A DNA stretch of 64,000 nucleotides from Antedon mediterranea (lineage: Eukaryota; Animalia; Echinodermata): assembly GCF_964355755.1 (NCBI RefSeq), contig NC_092676.1, positions 21,036,871 to 21,100,870 on the forward strand, in the 5' to 3' direction. The notes under the pieces were generated by a model. That model was given only the letters and a program-made list of their open reading frames with translations, did not search any database and was not told the origin of the DNA. Shown here piece after piece: positions 1 to 11,330 of this stretch. Made by a program: the position numbers and the translations under genes. Positions within the stretch are counted from its first letter, which is position 1. Each line of letters starts with the position of its first letter.

Positions 1-24
1 GGTCAGGTTGCCGCCAAGAGCGAG

Positions 25-633
25 ATTTACCGAAGCAACGGCGTTCTAGCGTAATTTGAGACCGTTTTAATATATTTTAGAGGCGAGTTTTTAAAGTGCA
101 AAAAATACCTAAGAATATTAAAAGTTTGACTGACAGGTAAAAAAAGCTACGCCGATGAACGAATTACTAAAAATCGTAAAAAAATCCTCTTATTTTAGGG
201 TAAAGTAGGCCTACGGATATTGCGCCTCTTTTCATCCATCAACGAATGTTCTCAGTTTAGAAAATTTGAGCGTATCTCAACATTGAATAATTGACAATAA
301 TTTTCAGTGACAAGTATTTTTATATAGGCAAAAAGTGTGCATCTTCGACTGGTAGTTGTTGATATCATTTAAGCCAACAAACGCGAAATTATTACTGGTC
401 ACTGATCCTACTTTTTAACTGAGAGGTATCAAGTGCATTTTGTTTAGTCCGTAGTAATTAGTACAGTCTTTTTGTTTATTTTTAATTCATTTATGTGTAA
501 ATTTACTTTGTATGGACCAGAGATTCCGAAATAAAAGATTGAATGAATAAAATAAATGAATAACCAAGAGGACGGCATTGTTCATTGTCCTCTTATTGAT
601 ACCCAATATAATATGGTTTTACAGATTTTAACA
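25..633 (+). repeat. Diverged direct copy of 3087-3917 (local segmental duplication)
   Basis: 25-190 aligns with 3087-3345 (GATTTACCGAAGCAACGGCGTTCTAGCG...) and 197-633 aligns with 3487-3917, with indels and substitutions. Confidence 0.85.
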
Positions 634-669
634 TAAAGATTCATCAATATAACTCTATATATCTTTATA

Positions 670-1125
670 TTTTGCAAAGCACGCTCGTTGAGCTTGTGCA
701 CTTTTTGTGCTCATAATCAATGTACCATGTCCCGCATAACTGGCTCAGCCTATATATTGTGCCAGTTCTGCGGTACATATTATTTCGAAACCTGAACTGC
801 ACTGACGAGATCTAATAACATCGAAACAGTACTGTCTGCAGATTGGATATTACGCTCCTCTACTTTCTGCTATATATAGTATTTTGTTTTGTAGAGCACT
901 CTTCAGTTCGAAACGGTGCATTTTTTGTGTGAATACTATTAGCATTTTGCAAAGCACGCTCGTTGAGCTTGTGCACTCTTTGTGTTCATAATCAGTGTAC
1001 CATGTCCCGCATACCTGGCTCAGCCTATATATTGTGCCAGTTCTGCGGTACATTTCATTTCGAAACCTGAGCTGCACTGACGAGATCTAATAAGATCGGA
1101 ACAGTACTGTCTGCAGATTGGATAT
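670..1125 (+). repeat. Tandem duplication of a ~180-bp unit (670-850 and 946-1125)
   Basis: TTTGCAAAGCACGCTCGTTGAGCTTGTGCAC...CTGCAGATTGGATAT occurs twice with a few substitutions. Confidence 0.9.
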
Positions 1126-1226
1126 ATATATATATATCGAAACTTCACATAAACCATTTAAACGATTTGTTACGAAAATGACGTTCCAAAACACTATTTT
1201 ACAATCCTACTTTTAAATTGTCCCGG

Positions 1227-4204
1227 CCCCCCGGCTGTCGTGTCTGTAGTGTCGTATTGAAAATTGCTTTGGGAATAATTAGAACCAAAATGCAAAATAA
1301 GAATTGTTATTATAATTATTTAGGAATTATAGCCATACTCACCTGTGGTGGCGCCAGGTTGGAATAGGTGAGGGAAGGGGGTTGTTGCTAGTACGTGAAG
1401 AAATTTTCGTAAATGGTTCACTACACGGGGTTTCGACGTGCGGAATGCATTTCATACACGTTTAAGATTTATTCATTGAAAATCAAGTTCTTTAATGAGG
1501 TAGAGTAACATATGTTAAAATCTGTAAAACCATATTATATTGGGTATCAATAAGAGGACAATGAACAATGCCGTCCTCTTGGTTATTCATTCATCATTCA
1601 TTCAATCTTTTATTTCGGAATCTCTGGTCCATACAAAGTAAATTTACACATAAATGAATTAAAAATAAACAAAAAGACTGTACTAATTACTACTGGACTA
1701 AACACAATACACTTGGTACCTCTCAGTTAAAAAATGACCAGTTATAATTTCGCGTTTGTTGGCTTAAATGATATCAACAACTACCAGTCAGAGATGCACA
1801 CTTTTTGCCTATTTAAAAATACTTTTATCACTGAAAATTATTGTCAATTATTCAATGTTGAGATACGCTCAAATTGTCTAAACTGAGAACATTCGTTGAT
1901 GGATGAAAAGAGGCGCCATATCCGTAGTTCTATACTTTACCCTTTGATAGACTATGTAAGAGGAACGAAATAATCTAATTTTCATTAAAAATGTTTGGGT
2001 TTTATTTGTGGGAAATATTTGATTTGTTCAGCCAATCACTATGTTAAACAACCTCATTCATTCTAAACCGGGCGGTTTAGAATTAATGTTCTTTGCCTGT
2101 TGTGTTTTATATATATATATAATATATACATATATATAAATCCAAAGGCAAATTACTGAAAAAATGGCAATGCTGTGGATATCAGTGACTGGATCTCAAT
2201 GGAGATACAAAAAAAAAGCGAAGAGCTAAATCAAAACGATAAAGTAAAAGTTAAAAACAGCCAGAAAAGTTAGCAGAGCTTTCGGGCAACACTAGCCCTC
2301 CATCAGTGCAAGTAAAGGAATTTGGATAACGTCATAGTATAAGAAATGGCAAGTGCTGCCTGGGTGGACAGGAATAAAAGAAATACAACAAAAGGAGACA
2401 GAATGGAGTCTGAATAAGAGTAGAAAACAAAGAAGGTAGTATATTATATATATAATTATTATACTGTTGGTTTTTCCATAAAACTTAAATAGATACCAAA
2501 CGATTGGGCGGCATATATTGGTTGATTAATTCTCTTATACAAAGAAAATAATAACAATATTCATTCTTTTCTTGCGCCTAATTGGTTCTAAAAATTCCCG
2601 AAACTTTAATATTAGTCGACACTAGAAGCTTCACTGATGCAGCCGTGTACGGGACAAGCTGTAAAAGTAGGGATTGTAAGTAGTGTTTTGGAATGTAATT
2701 AGTGTTTTGGAATGTAATTTTCCTAACAAACAAATCGTTACAAATTAGGTAGTTTACTGGAAGTTTCGAATTACCGACTGCGATAAAGTACACTTTGAAA
2801 TCCCGAAATTAAACCAGTGAAGAAATGTTGGACTTAACTATGGCAAACAGCATTTATTTGAAACTTCGAGTTTGCGACTTAAAGAAGGTTGTGCATACTA
2901 GAGTCTGTCCATGATAACATTACATTTTTTTAATGCATTCTTACCGTAATTGTTTACCCTATTTAAAAATAGAAAACTTGTCCTGTGACGTCATTTATAA
3001 CATTACGACATTGTCGGGGTTTTCCGTAAGATCTAAATAGATATCAAAAAATTAGATAGCAAATAAGATAGGAATGCAAGGGCGATATTTACCGAAGCAA
3101 CGGCGTTCTAGCGTAATTTGAGACCGTTTTAATATAATATTTTAGAGGCGAGTTTGTCATTTTTTAAGTGAAAAAAATACCTAAGATTTATCGTGACATT
3201 GTTATGTAATAAATATAAATATTGAAAGTTTGACTTGGTTTAGTGGCCAAGTATTATCAATAATTATTATTCTATAGAATGTTAAGATCAGGTAAAAAAA
3301 GCTAAGCCGATGAACGAATTACTAAAAATCGTAAAAAAATCCTCTTGTTTTTTCATTGCATTGCACATTGCATGAGGTTGTTTAACATAGTGATTGGCTG
3401 AACAAATCAAATATTTCCCACAAATAAAACCCAAACATTTTTAATGAAAATTAGATTATTTCGTTCCTCTTACATAGTCTATCAAAGGGTAAAGTATAGA
3501 ACTACGGATATGGCGCCTCTTTTCATCCATCAACGAATGTTCTCAGTTTAGACAATTTGAGCGTATCTCAACATTGAATAATTGACAATAATTTTCAGTG
3601 ATCAAAAGTATTTTTAAATAGGCAAAAAGTGTGCATCTCTGACTGGTAGTTGTTAATATCATTTAAGCCAACAAACGCGAAATTATAACTGGTCATTTTT
3701 TAACTGAGAGGTACCAAGTGTATTGTGTTTAGTCCAGTAGTAATTAGTACAGTCTTTTTGTTTATTTTTAATTCATTTATGTGTAAATTTACTTTGTATG
3801 GACCAGAGATTCCGAAATAAAAGATTGAATGAATGATGAATGAATAACCAAGAGGACGGCATTGTTCATTGTCCTCTTATTGATACCCAATATAATATGG
3901 TTTTACAGATTTTAACATATGTTACTCTACCCCATTAAAGAACTTGATTTTCAATGAATAAATCTTAAACGTGTGTGAAATGCATTCCGCACGTCGAAAC
4001 CCCGTGTAGTGAACCATTTACGAAAATTTCTTCACGTACTAGCAACAACTCCCTTCCCTCACCTATTCCAACCTGGCGCCACCACAGGTGAGTATGGCTA
4101 TAATTCCTAAATAATTATAATAACAATTCTTATTTTGCATTTTGGTTCTAATTATTCCCAAAGCAATTTTCAATACGACACTACAGACACGACAGCCGGG
4201 GGGC
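1227..4204. repeat. Long inverted repeat, arms 1227-2057 and 3372-4204 (~830 bp each)
   Basis: CCCCCCGGCTGTCGTGTCTG...AAACAACCTCAT is the near-exact reverse complement of ATGAGGTTGTTT...CAGCCGGGGGG, with only a few SNPs. Confidence 0.9.
2273..2312 (-). ncRNA. Minimal type I hammerhead ribozyme-like motif (Penelope/retrozyme type), core variant
   Basis: Minus strand reads UUGCA-CUGAUGG-A-GGGC-UAGUGUU-GCCC-GAAA-GC-UC-UGC. It has stem II GGGC/GCCC, palindromic stem III AGCU and stem I GCA/UGC. The core is CUGAUGG instead of CUGAUGA. It lies in a (TA)n-flanked segment (~2110-2455). Confidence 0.5.
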
Positions 4205-4686
4205 GATTTTTTTTTTCGTACATAAGTTGGGGACCCCCTCATGAAACGTCACAAAATAAACATGAATAATTCATCAGTTAAATTTTCTTGTTCCGTGTGC
4301 ACCCAAGCGTATAGCAACAAGAAGTGATTACAGTAGTTTACACAAGTGCGGTACGATTCTAGGCCTATCTCCGCTGTGGTTGCCGCGTGCGATTTCATAA
4401 TAGAATAGCGGCGTTTTGTGTGGATTGTCGAAATAATCAGCCTTTAGTTTATGGTGTGTTTAATATAATTTATTACTAAAGAATTACGTGTTAAAATTAT
4501 AGTTTCTATTGATACTATTAGGCCTAATTACTATTCTCTAAACCCATGTCTATTCTAGTAGTAGCTGTGTTGGTGTGTGTGACGTGTGTGTTAGAGTCAG
4601 CAAAATTAAACAATAAACATTCAACAAAAATACATTTTTTATTCTCGTGGGTCTAACCTTCCCATCTCATGTGTTCATATACGCGC

Positions 4687-5177
4687 TGTTACCGTAGGCG
4701 TCCATCATAAATAAATTACAAATTTTGTAGATACTGATGTTCCTTTATTTATTCTCTGAACTATCTCTTGTATCTCTACAAATTACAGTATCATTAGCAA
4801 CTTGAATAAACACCGTGAAAACTATAATAAAACAAAGATTAGCATTACAATGTAGGCCTAATCATATCATCATTGTACAGGCAGACAAGCACAGGTCTGA
4901 CTCATGGGGCCGGGGAACATGGTACCCTAAGGCCTAGGGCTAGCTCTCAGCAATGAAGTAAAACTCAACTAATTAAAAATACAAGTCATAAGTTATAATT
5001 ACAATCACATGAATAACCATGTGTAAATACCTTGTAGCCTATTTGGAGCCTATGGTAAAGATACTTTTAACAATGATTATCTCTAAACTTTATGTCATAA
5101 AATGTGTCTTATTCTCTCTTATCACTTTTTATCTATCTGAGCTCTAGAGGGCCTCCTGTAAGTAGGCTGCAGTTACA
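4687..5177 (-). repeat. 3' LTR (491 bp)
   Basis: No differences from 11309-11799 found by eye. Confidence 0.95.
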
Positions 5178-5294
5178 CTCCCACCCAAATCATCTATGAT
5201 TTAACCTAAACTTCCACCCGTGCCAGAATAAACACTAGCAATGCAAAACTGGAAGTACCTTAACAATATTTACCAAAACTATTGAAAGAATAAG

Positions 5295-8144
5295 TTAACA
5301 GTTTGTATTTTCTAAAATCAAGGTTAGTTTATGAATTGGCCTTTCCAAATATGTTGCGCGTTTCAACCGTTTTCCATCATTATCGATATTTGTGTCTGCA
5401 ACAATTAACCTAACTTTTCTCACTAGTCCGTCCTCACTTGGCATTAATTCAGATATTCTGGCCAATTTCCAGTCTCCGCGTATCAAATGTTCTTCTTTTA
5501 GTAGTACTATGTCTCCTATCTCAAGGTTTCGGCGTACTTGGTTCCACTTAGCTCTCGATTGAAGGTTGGTCAAATATTCCTTTTTCCATCTTGACCAAAA
5601 TTCATTGGCCAGAAACTGAACTCGACGCCATCTTCTTAATGCATATACGTCTTCCTTGACAAAGAACCCAGGCGGTGGAAAAACGATTTTCGATTTCATT
5701 GTGAGTAGCTGGTTTGGAGTTAAGGCTTCGGGTCCATGTGGATCATTTAGATTTTCGGTTGTTAGAGGTCTACTATTGACGATAGCCATCGTTTCGTACA
5801 GGAATGTACGGAGAGACGTGCTATCTAATCTTGACTTGTATTGATTAAGAATGGAATAGAGAACGTTACGGATTGTTCTTATTTGTCTTTCCCAAATGCC
5901 TCCCATATGACTGGCGGAAGGAACATTAGAAAAGAAGTTACAGTTTTGATCTGCTAGGAACTTTCGCACCTTATCTTCTTTAATCTCCTTAAAGGCCTTT
6001 GTGAGCTCATGTTGTGCTCCCATAAAGTTACTGCCTTGATCACAACGAAATTGACGAACATTGCCACGTATAGCAATGAAGCATCTAAGAGCGTTGATAA
6101 AGGCGTCTGTTGTCATGTCGTCGAGCATCTCTATATGAATGGCTCTTGATGCCATACATGTGAATAACAATCCATACCTTTTTAATTCTCTTCTTCCCTC
6201 CTTAACCAAAAATGGTCCAAAACAGTCAAACCCAGTATATGTAAACGGAGGGGTTGGTTCCAATCTTTCATTTGGTAAGTTTGCCATTTTTTGGTCTTGA
6301 TTACGCCCACGTAATTTTCTGCATTGAACACACTTGTAGATATGGCTTGATACAGCTGAACTTATTCCAACTATCCAAAATCCATTGGATCTAACTGCAT
6401 TGGTCGTAAAGCCTCTTCCTTGATGGGCTGTTTTCTCATGGTAGTGTTTAATTATTAAATGTGTTACATGGCTTCTTTTTGGCAATATTGCAGGATGTTT
6501 AACACCCATATCTAGAGAGGTGGCTCGTTTCAGGCGACCACCAACTCGCAGTAATCCGTCAACATCTACGTACGGGTCTAACTTCGCAAGATTGCCTGTG
6601 CACTTGGAAGATTGCTTGTAGAGTTGGTCGATGTCTTTTTTGAAGAACTTATGTTGGACCATTTTGATGATGGTCTTTTCAGCTTCGATTCTGTCTTCTA
6701 CAGAGGTAATGGTATAATGATTTTTGGTTTTTCTTGTTTTGATGAATTTCTTAAGAGCGGCAACTCCTGTAACTGCTCTCTTATAATCGGAAAAACGTTC
6801 TACACGATTTAGCAAGCAATTTTCTTCAGTGGAATTTATCGCAAGCACGCTAGCTTGGTTTACTTCCGGATCGTTGGAAGATACGTCAAATTTTTGATTA
6901 TTTTCCACTATATTTCCGCATTTCCAAAGGAGTTTTGGTCCTTGAAACCAGTTGGATGTCTGTAAGTCCTTTGCTCCAAGACCTCTTGAAGCATGGTCGG
7001 CTGGATTCTCATTCGTAGATATGTAGTTCCATTGTTCAGGATTTGTGGTATCTCTAATGCGTTGGACGCGATTAGCTACGTACACATGGAAACGTCTGGC
7101 TTCGTTTCTGACATAACCAAGTACTACCTTCGAGTCAGTCCAGAAGTAGTGTGCTGAATTTTTATATTCTAGTTCTTGATATAGAATGGTACTGACTTTC
7201 GTTGACAACACCGCGGCTTGTAGCTCTAATCTTGGAATACTAACAACCTTTTTGGGTGCCACTCGGGCCTTTGCCATTATCAGCGCACAGTGAATCTCAG
7301 AGAAGTCATTTTCAAGTCTTATATACGAGCACTGCCCATAACCAGAATTACTTGCGTCGGAAAAGTGATGAAATTCGACCTTTCTTTGTTGGAAATCTTT
7401 TGGTTTGAAGCACCTATTAATCGTAATGGTGGCAAGCTTTGGAAGGTCTAATCTCCATTTCTCCCATTTTGGACGAAGCTCCTCGGAAAGTTTTTCGTCC
7501 CAGTCTGTTCCCTCCTTGCACACTTCTTGCAGTATTTGCTTACCCTTGAGTGTAAATGGGGCAAGAAGTCCAAGTGGGTCGAAAATTGATGCTACAGTGG
7601 ATAGAATTCCTCGGCGTGTCAATGGAGTGTCTTTCATGGTGATTCTAAATTGAAAGTTATCTGACTCGACGCACCATTGTATTCCAAGGGCCCTTTCAAC
7701 TGGTAAGTCTTCGAATGATAGGTCTCGATCTACGGTTCCTTTAGCCTGTTCTGATTTTGGGATGGTAGACATAACGTCTCGTTGGTTGGAAATAAATTTA
7801 TGTAGTCTAAGTGAGCCCTTTGCACACAGTTTTCTGGCATCTTCTATTAATTCAACTGCTTCAGGTACAGTTTCTACGCTCTTTAGACCATCGTCTACAT
7901 AAAAGTTGTTCTTAATGAAGTTAACTGTCTCTGGTTTGTGTTGTTCGGCAAAGTGTTCCGCCATGTATTTTAGTCCGAAATTAGAGCAACCTGGTGAGGA
8001 AGCGGCTCCAAACAAGTGGACCTTCATTCTGTAATCTATGGGTTGCCTTTCGAGATTTCCATCTTCCCACCACAAGAAGCGTAGATAGTTTCTGTCATTC
8101 TGGTTAACATGAAACTGGTGAAACATCCTCTCTATATCACACAT
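5295..8144 (-). CDS. BEL/Pao pol: reverse transcriptase, RNase H, integrase (distal part of one polyprotein frame)
   Basis: Motifs CDIERMFHQF, NFYVDD, HHFSDAS, PRLELQAA, WTDSKVVL, HHCC zinc finger (HYHEKTAHQG...CVQC), D-CFGP / CDQGSNF / GIWERQI and YLERPIHKL. The same frame continues upstream to 8222 (HLLTGPDLNNTLIGVLCRFRQEPIAI). Confidence 0.93.
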   Translation of the reverse strand: MCDIERMFHQFHVNQNDRNYLRFLWWEDGNLERQPIDYRMKVHLFGAASSPGCSNFGLKYMAEHFAEQHKPETVNFIKNNFYVDDGLKSVETVPEAVELIEDARKLCAKGSLRLHKFISNQRDVMSTIPKSEQAKGTVDRDLSFEDLPVERALGIQWCVESDNFQFRITMKDTPLTRRGILSTVASIFDPLGLLAPFTLKGKQILQEVCKEGTDWDEKLSEELRPKWEKWRLDLPKLATITINRCFKPKDFQQRKVEFHHFSDASNSGYGQCSYIRLENDFSEIHCALIMAKARVAPKKVVSIPRLELQAAVLSTKVSTILYQELEYKNSAHYFWTDSKVVLGYVRNEARRFHVYVANRVQRIRDTTNPEQWNYISTNENPADHASRGLGAKDLQTSNWFQGPKLLWKCGNIVENNQKFDVSSNDPEVNQASVLAINSTEENCLLNRVERFSDYKRAVTGVAALKKFIKTRKTKNHYTITSVEDRIEAEKTIIKMVQHKFFKKDIDQLYKQSSKCTGNLAKLDPYVDVDGLLRVGGRLKRATSLDMGVKHPAILPKRSHVTHLIIKHYHEKTAHQGRGFTTNAVRSNGFWIVGISSAVSSHIYKCVQCRKLRGRNQDQKMANLPNERLEPTPPFTYTGFDCFGPFLVKEGRRELKRYGLLFTCMASRAIHIEMLDDMTTDAFINALRCFIAIRGNVRQFRCDQGSNFMGAQHELTKAFKEIKEDKVRKFLADQNCNFFSNVPSASHMGGIWERQIRTIRNVLYSILNQYKSRLDSTSLRTFLYETMAIVNSRPLTTENLNDPHGPEALTPNQLLTMKSKIVFPPPGFFVKEDVYALRRWRRVQFLANEFWSRWKKEYLTNLQSRAKWNQVRRNLEIGDIVLLKEEHLIRGDWKLARISELMPSEDGLVRKVRLIVADTNIDNDGKRLKRATYLERPIHKLTLILENTNC

Positions 8145-8222
8145 TATGGCTATGGGTTCTTGTCTAAATCTGCATAGTACACCTATGAGTGTGTTGTTTA
8201 GGTCTGGTCCAGTAAGAAGATG

Positions 8223-11200
8223 TTAATTCAAGGCTGTACCTTTGTAGTTAGCGGAGCAGTCAAAGACAACACGAATTTTGGTGGGTTTCTTAGGGTGGTA
8301 AATTCCGTGATGAGGTATGTACCATGCTGGCTCTTTTTGTATTTCATTTGCTGGTACTTTCTCGGCATCTCCATTTTGAAGTATTTCTGTCATAAATTTT
8401 TGATAATCTTCAAAGTACTTCTCATTCGTCAGGAAACGTCGTTTTAGGTGGTTCAATCGATGCAGTACACAAATTCTGTTATTCGGTAATACTGGCCTCT
8501 TTTTAAAGGGTAATGGCATTTCGATATGTCGGTCTTCATTGATATGGACTTCCTTTTTTAGAGTATCCATAAACTGCACGTCTTCTTGAGAGAGAACTGT
8601 GTCTCTTGTAACTTTCTCCGTGAAGTCGTACTCCAAGGCTCTTATTGCATCTAATGGAGTAACTATTTCTTTAACAGCTGTTTTTAAGACATAGTGAACT
8701 TCTTTGGTTGGTTCCGATTTCAAATTAGATTCGTACGTTAAGTGTAGATCGTTTGGAATTTCCTTCACCATTACTCTATGACTGTGACCGATTTTATCTT
8801 GAGGAACATAAGATGTCTCAGCTCCTCCTCCTACCACACTCCAACCCAATTGAGTTTTGATAGCGAATGGTTCATTTCCATTTCCTGAAATATGGTCTAT
8901 GGGTGCCAGAGCCTGTGGAACGTTATACCCAATAAGCAACCCTATTTCACAGTTTTGTCTAGATGGTATCTGTTGACTTATCCTTTGTAGATGAGCATAA
9001 CATCTCGTCTTTTCGGGTGTAGGAATATGTGATTGGTCAACTGGTATGTATTCTCTAGTATATGCCGTTGGTAGCTGAATTTTTGTTTCTTCAAAGAAAC
9101 CTCTAATCATTAGGTTGTTATACTTCTTGCAAGATACGACTTCCCTTTTAGACGTCATCGTAGTCAATCTTAGTGTTGCTGGTTCGCAACTTGCACCAAT
9201 TTGGTTTGCAGTATCTTCTAGCACAAAGGTTGTGTCGGATTGTGTGTCTAATAGGGCATATACAAGATGTTCCTTTTCAGGTTTATGTTCATTGGATATC
9301 CAGACGGGAACTATCATTGAAGACATTGTGTTGTTTGTGTTTCTGCGGACATTTTTGCAGTTTGAAGTCTTTACTGATTTTACCACTTCAGACTTAGCGT
9401 CACCATTCGGCCGAGTCTCGGCGTCAATCTCGTTAGCCTGATCTCTCTCCTTTACATTTGAAGTCTTTACTGATTGTACTACTTCAGACTTAGCGTCAAC
9501 ATTCGGCTGTGTCACGGCGTCAATCTCGTTAGCCGGATCTCTCTCCTTTACATGGAGACTTGTTGGATGTCTCCTTTGGCAAATTTTACAAATACTTTTC
9601 TGGTTACAGTTCCTTGACACATGGCCATGTTGTAAGCAGCTGAAACATAGACCATTTTGCTTGATGTATTGCTGTTTTTCGGTATCGGGTTTTCTGGCAA
9701 ACGCTCTGCAGTCACTTAGGTGATGGTTATTCATTTTACACATGAAGCATGATGGCATTCCACTGATACTGGTGGCTAGCGTTTGAGATTGGTTTCGATA
9801 TCTTGAACTTTTTTCTGTGAATTTTGTTTCATTTTCTGGTATTAAGGTAACAGGATCGCAAACAATTTCAGCTTCGGTCGTCAAAAATGTGGAAAAGTCA
9901 TTGAATGTTGGATAACTACCCTTGATTTGCATAGCGCTCACTGCGTTTCTTCGCCATCTATTCACTAACCAATCTGGTAATTTTTGAAGAATTTTCCGGT
10001 TTTCTCTGCTGTCATTAAGAACTTCCAAGCCTTTCATTTCCTTCATTGCTATGTTGCATTGGTTCAGAAAGTCAGAGAGTCGCCTAAGGCCATTGTAATC
10101 TCTTGCTTGAATCCTTGGCCAGCTGTCTAATTTGTCTCTAAATGCTTCGGAAACTATAAATGGATTTCCATATCTTTTTTCTAAAACTGATTTAGCGTTT
10201 TCATAAGCATGTTCACCTTGTAGCAGAAAGTGTCCACTGACAACTTCCTTTGCTGGGCCTCCTATGTATCTCTTAAGGTAGTGAATTCTGTCTGCCTTAG
10301 AAATTCCTTTATTTTCGATTAAACATCTAAAGGATGCGTTCCAATCATAGTACTTAAGAGGATCGCCATCAAATATTGGTGGCTCTGGTGCTGGTATGCG
10401 GTTCATCCTGAAGGCTGAAGAAAAGGCTTCTGCTAAAGCGTTTAAGTCTGTGGTACTGCTAGATTGATTTTGAGGCATTGTCGATTGGGCTGTTGTTGCT
10501 TGTGTCTGTGTCATTAGAGGTTGAGGTTTGGTTAGGTTGCGAAACCTTAGTGCATGATCATTTGAGGTTTGGTGTGGGGTGGTCATAATTTCTCCATATC
10601 CGTTCTGAATTTCCTGTTGAATTGCATCAACTCGTGCATTCTCTACAGCTGCAGCTTGTTTAGCCTCTAAAACTTTGAACTCTGCTTCAGCTTTGGCATG
10701 TTCTGTTCTTTGCTGTGCTTCCCGCCTTATTTCTTCAAGCCTTGCTTCTGCTTTCTTAATTTCCATTTCAGCTTCCTTTGCTGTAAGGTCTGCTTTCTGT
10801 TTAGCCATTTTTTCAGCAAATTGAGCAGTTTTGTTGGCTGCAGCAGCATTCGCCACAGCTTGAGCTTTAATGCTAACAATAGATCGACATGAACTCCTTG
10901 ATGCTGCAGATTTTGAGGCTTGACACTCCAGGGCTAATGCATGTGCCCTATCCATAGCGCTTGTTATACTAGCTTGGATGGAGTTGGTAATGGTGAGATA
11001 TATGTTCTCATTCTCCAGGTGATCTTCGCGATGAATACCATCTCTATCTTGTGCATACAATTTATTCAATACGCACCAAGCATCACTATATTCCTTTAAT
11101 GCAGCTTTAGCTTTGCATAATGCAGTTTGTATCTCAAATTCGTCGCTTGGAACATCTTCTAGTTCACTTGATGCTTCTTGAGCCTTTCTCTGAGTTTGAG

Positions 11201-11330
11201 TCAACAGTTTTACTTCAGTAGCAATGCTAATTGACAGGGCCTTAGCTGTAGGGCGTCTCTCACTCTGTTCTCTTAGATTCATTGAGTTTTCGTCAGCTAA
11301 GTTTTCACTGTTACCGTAGGCGTCCATCAT
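8223..11330 (-). CDS. BEL/Pao gag-protease-RT N-terminus; ends at a single in-frame TAA
   Basis: Gag motif FDGDPLKYYDW, three Cys/His knuckles (CFMC..H....C, CFSC...GH....C, CKIC...H...LH), aspartic protease ALLDTQSDTTF and RT start WYIPHHG...KIRVVFDCSA. Confidence 0.93.
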   Translation of the reverse strand: MMDAYGNSENLADENSMNLREQSERRPTAKALSISIATEVKLLTQTQRKAQEASSELEDVPSDEFEIQTALCKAKAALKEYSDAWCVLNKLYAQDRDGIHREDHLENENIYLTITNSIQASITSAMDRAHALALECQASKSAASRSSCRSIVSIKAQAVANAAAANKTAQFAEKMAKQKADLTAKEAEMEIKKAEARLEEIRREAQQRTEHAKAEAEFKVLEAKQAAAVENARVDAIQQEIQNGYGEIMTTPHQTSNDHALRFRNLTKPQPLMTQTQATTAQSTMPQNQSSSTTDLNALAEAFSSAFRMNRIPAPEPPIFDGDPLKYYDWNASFRCLIENKGISKADRIHYLKRYIGGPAKEVVSGHFLLQGEHAYENAKSVLEKRYGNPFIVSEAFRDKLDSWPRIQARDYNGLRRLSDFLNQCNIAMKEMKGLEVLNDSRENRKILQKLPDWLVNRWRRNAVSAMQIKGSYPTFNDFSTFLTTEAEIVCDPVTLIPENETKFTEKSSRYRNQSQTLATSISGMPSCFMCKMNNHHLSDCRAFARKPDTEKQQYIKQNGLCFSCLQHGHVSRNCNQKSICKICQRRHPTSLHVKERDPANEIDAVTQPNVDAKSEVVQSVKTSNVKERDQANEIDAETRPNGDAKSEVVKSVKTSNCKNVRRNTNNTMSSMIVPVWISNEHKPEKEHLVYALLDTQSDTTFVLEDTANQIGASCEPATLRLTTMTSKREVVSCKKYNNLMIRGFFEETKIQLPTAYTREYIPVDQSHIPTPEKTRCYAHLQRISQQIPSRQNCEIGLLIGYNVPQALAPIDHISGNGNEPFAIKTQLGWSVVGGGAETSYVPQDKIGHSHRVMVKEIPNDLHLTYESNLKSEPTKEVHYVLKTAVKEIVTPLDAIRALEYDFTEKVTRDTVLSQEDVQFMDTLKKEVHINEDRHIEMPLPFKKRPVLPNNRICVLHRLNHLKRRFLTNEKYFEDYQKFMTEILQNGDAEKVPANEIQKEPAWYIPHHGIYHPKKPTKIRVVFDCSANYKGTALN

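Noticed and set aside
850-1077. Cys-containing 75-aa ORF as a TNFR paralogue exon
   Set aside because: Cys spacing is incomplete and there are no convincing splice sites; it lies in a tandem duplication. A decayed exon cannot be fully excluded.
8223-8225. Programmed gag-pol stop readthrough
   Set aside because: The stop lies inside conserved RT sequence downstream of the protease, not at a gag/pol boundary, and BEL/Pao elements typically have one ORF.
5656-10892. Short plus-strand ORFs within the retrotransposon
   Set aside because: Antisense shadows of the long coding frame with no recognisable motifs.
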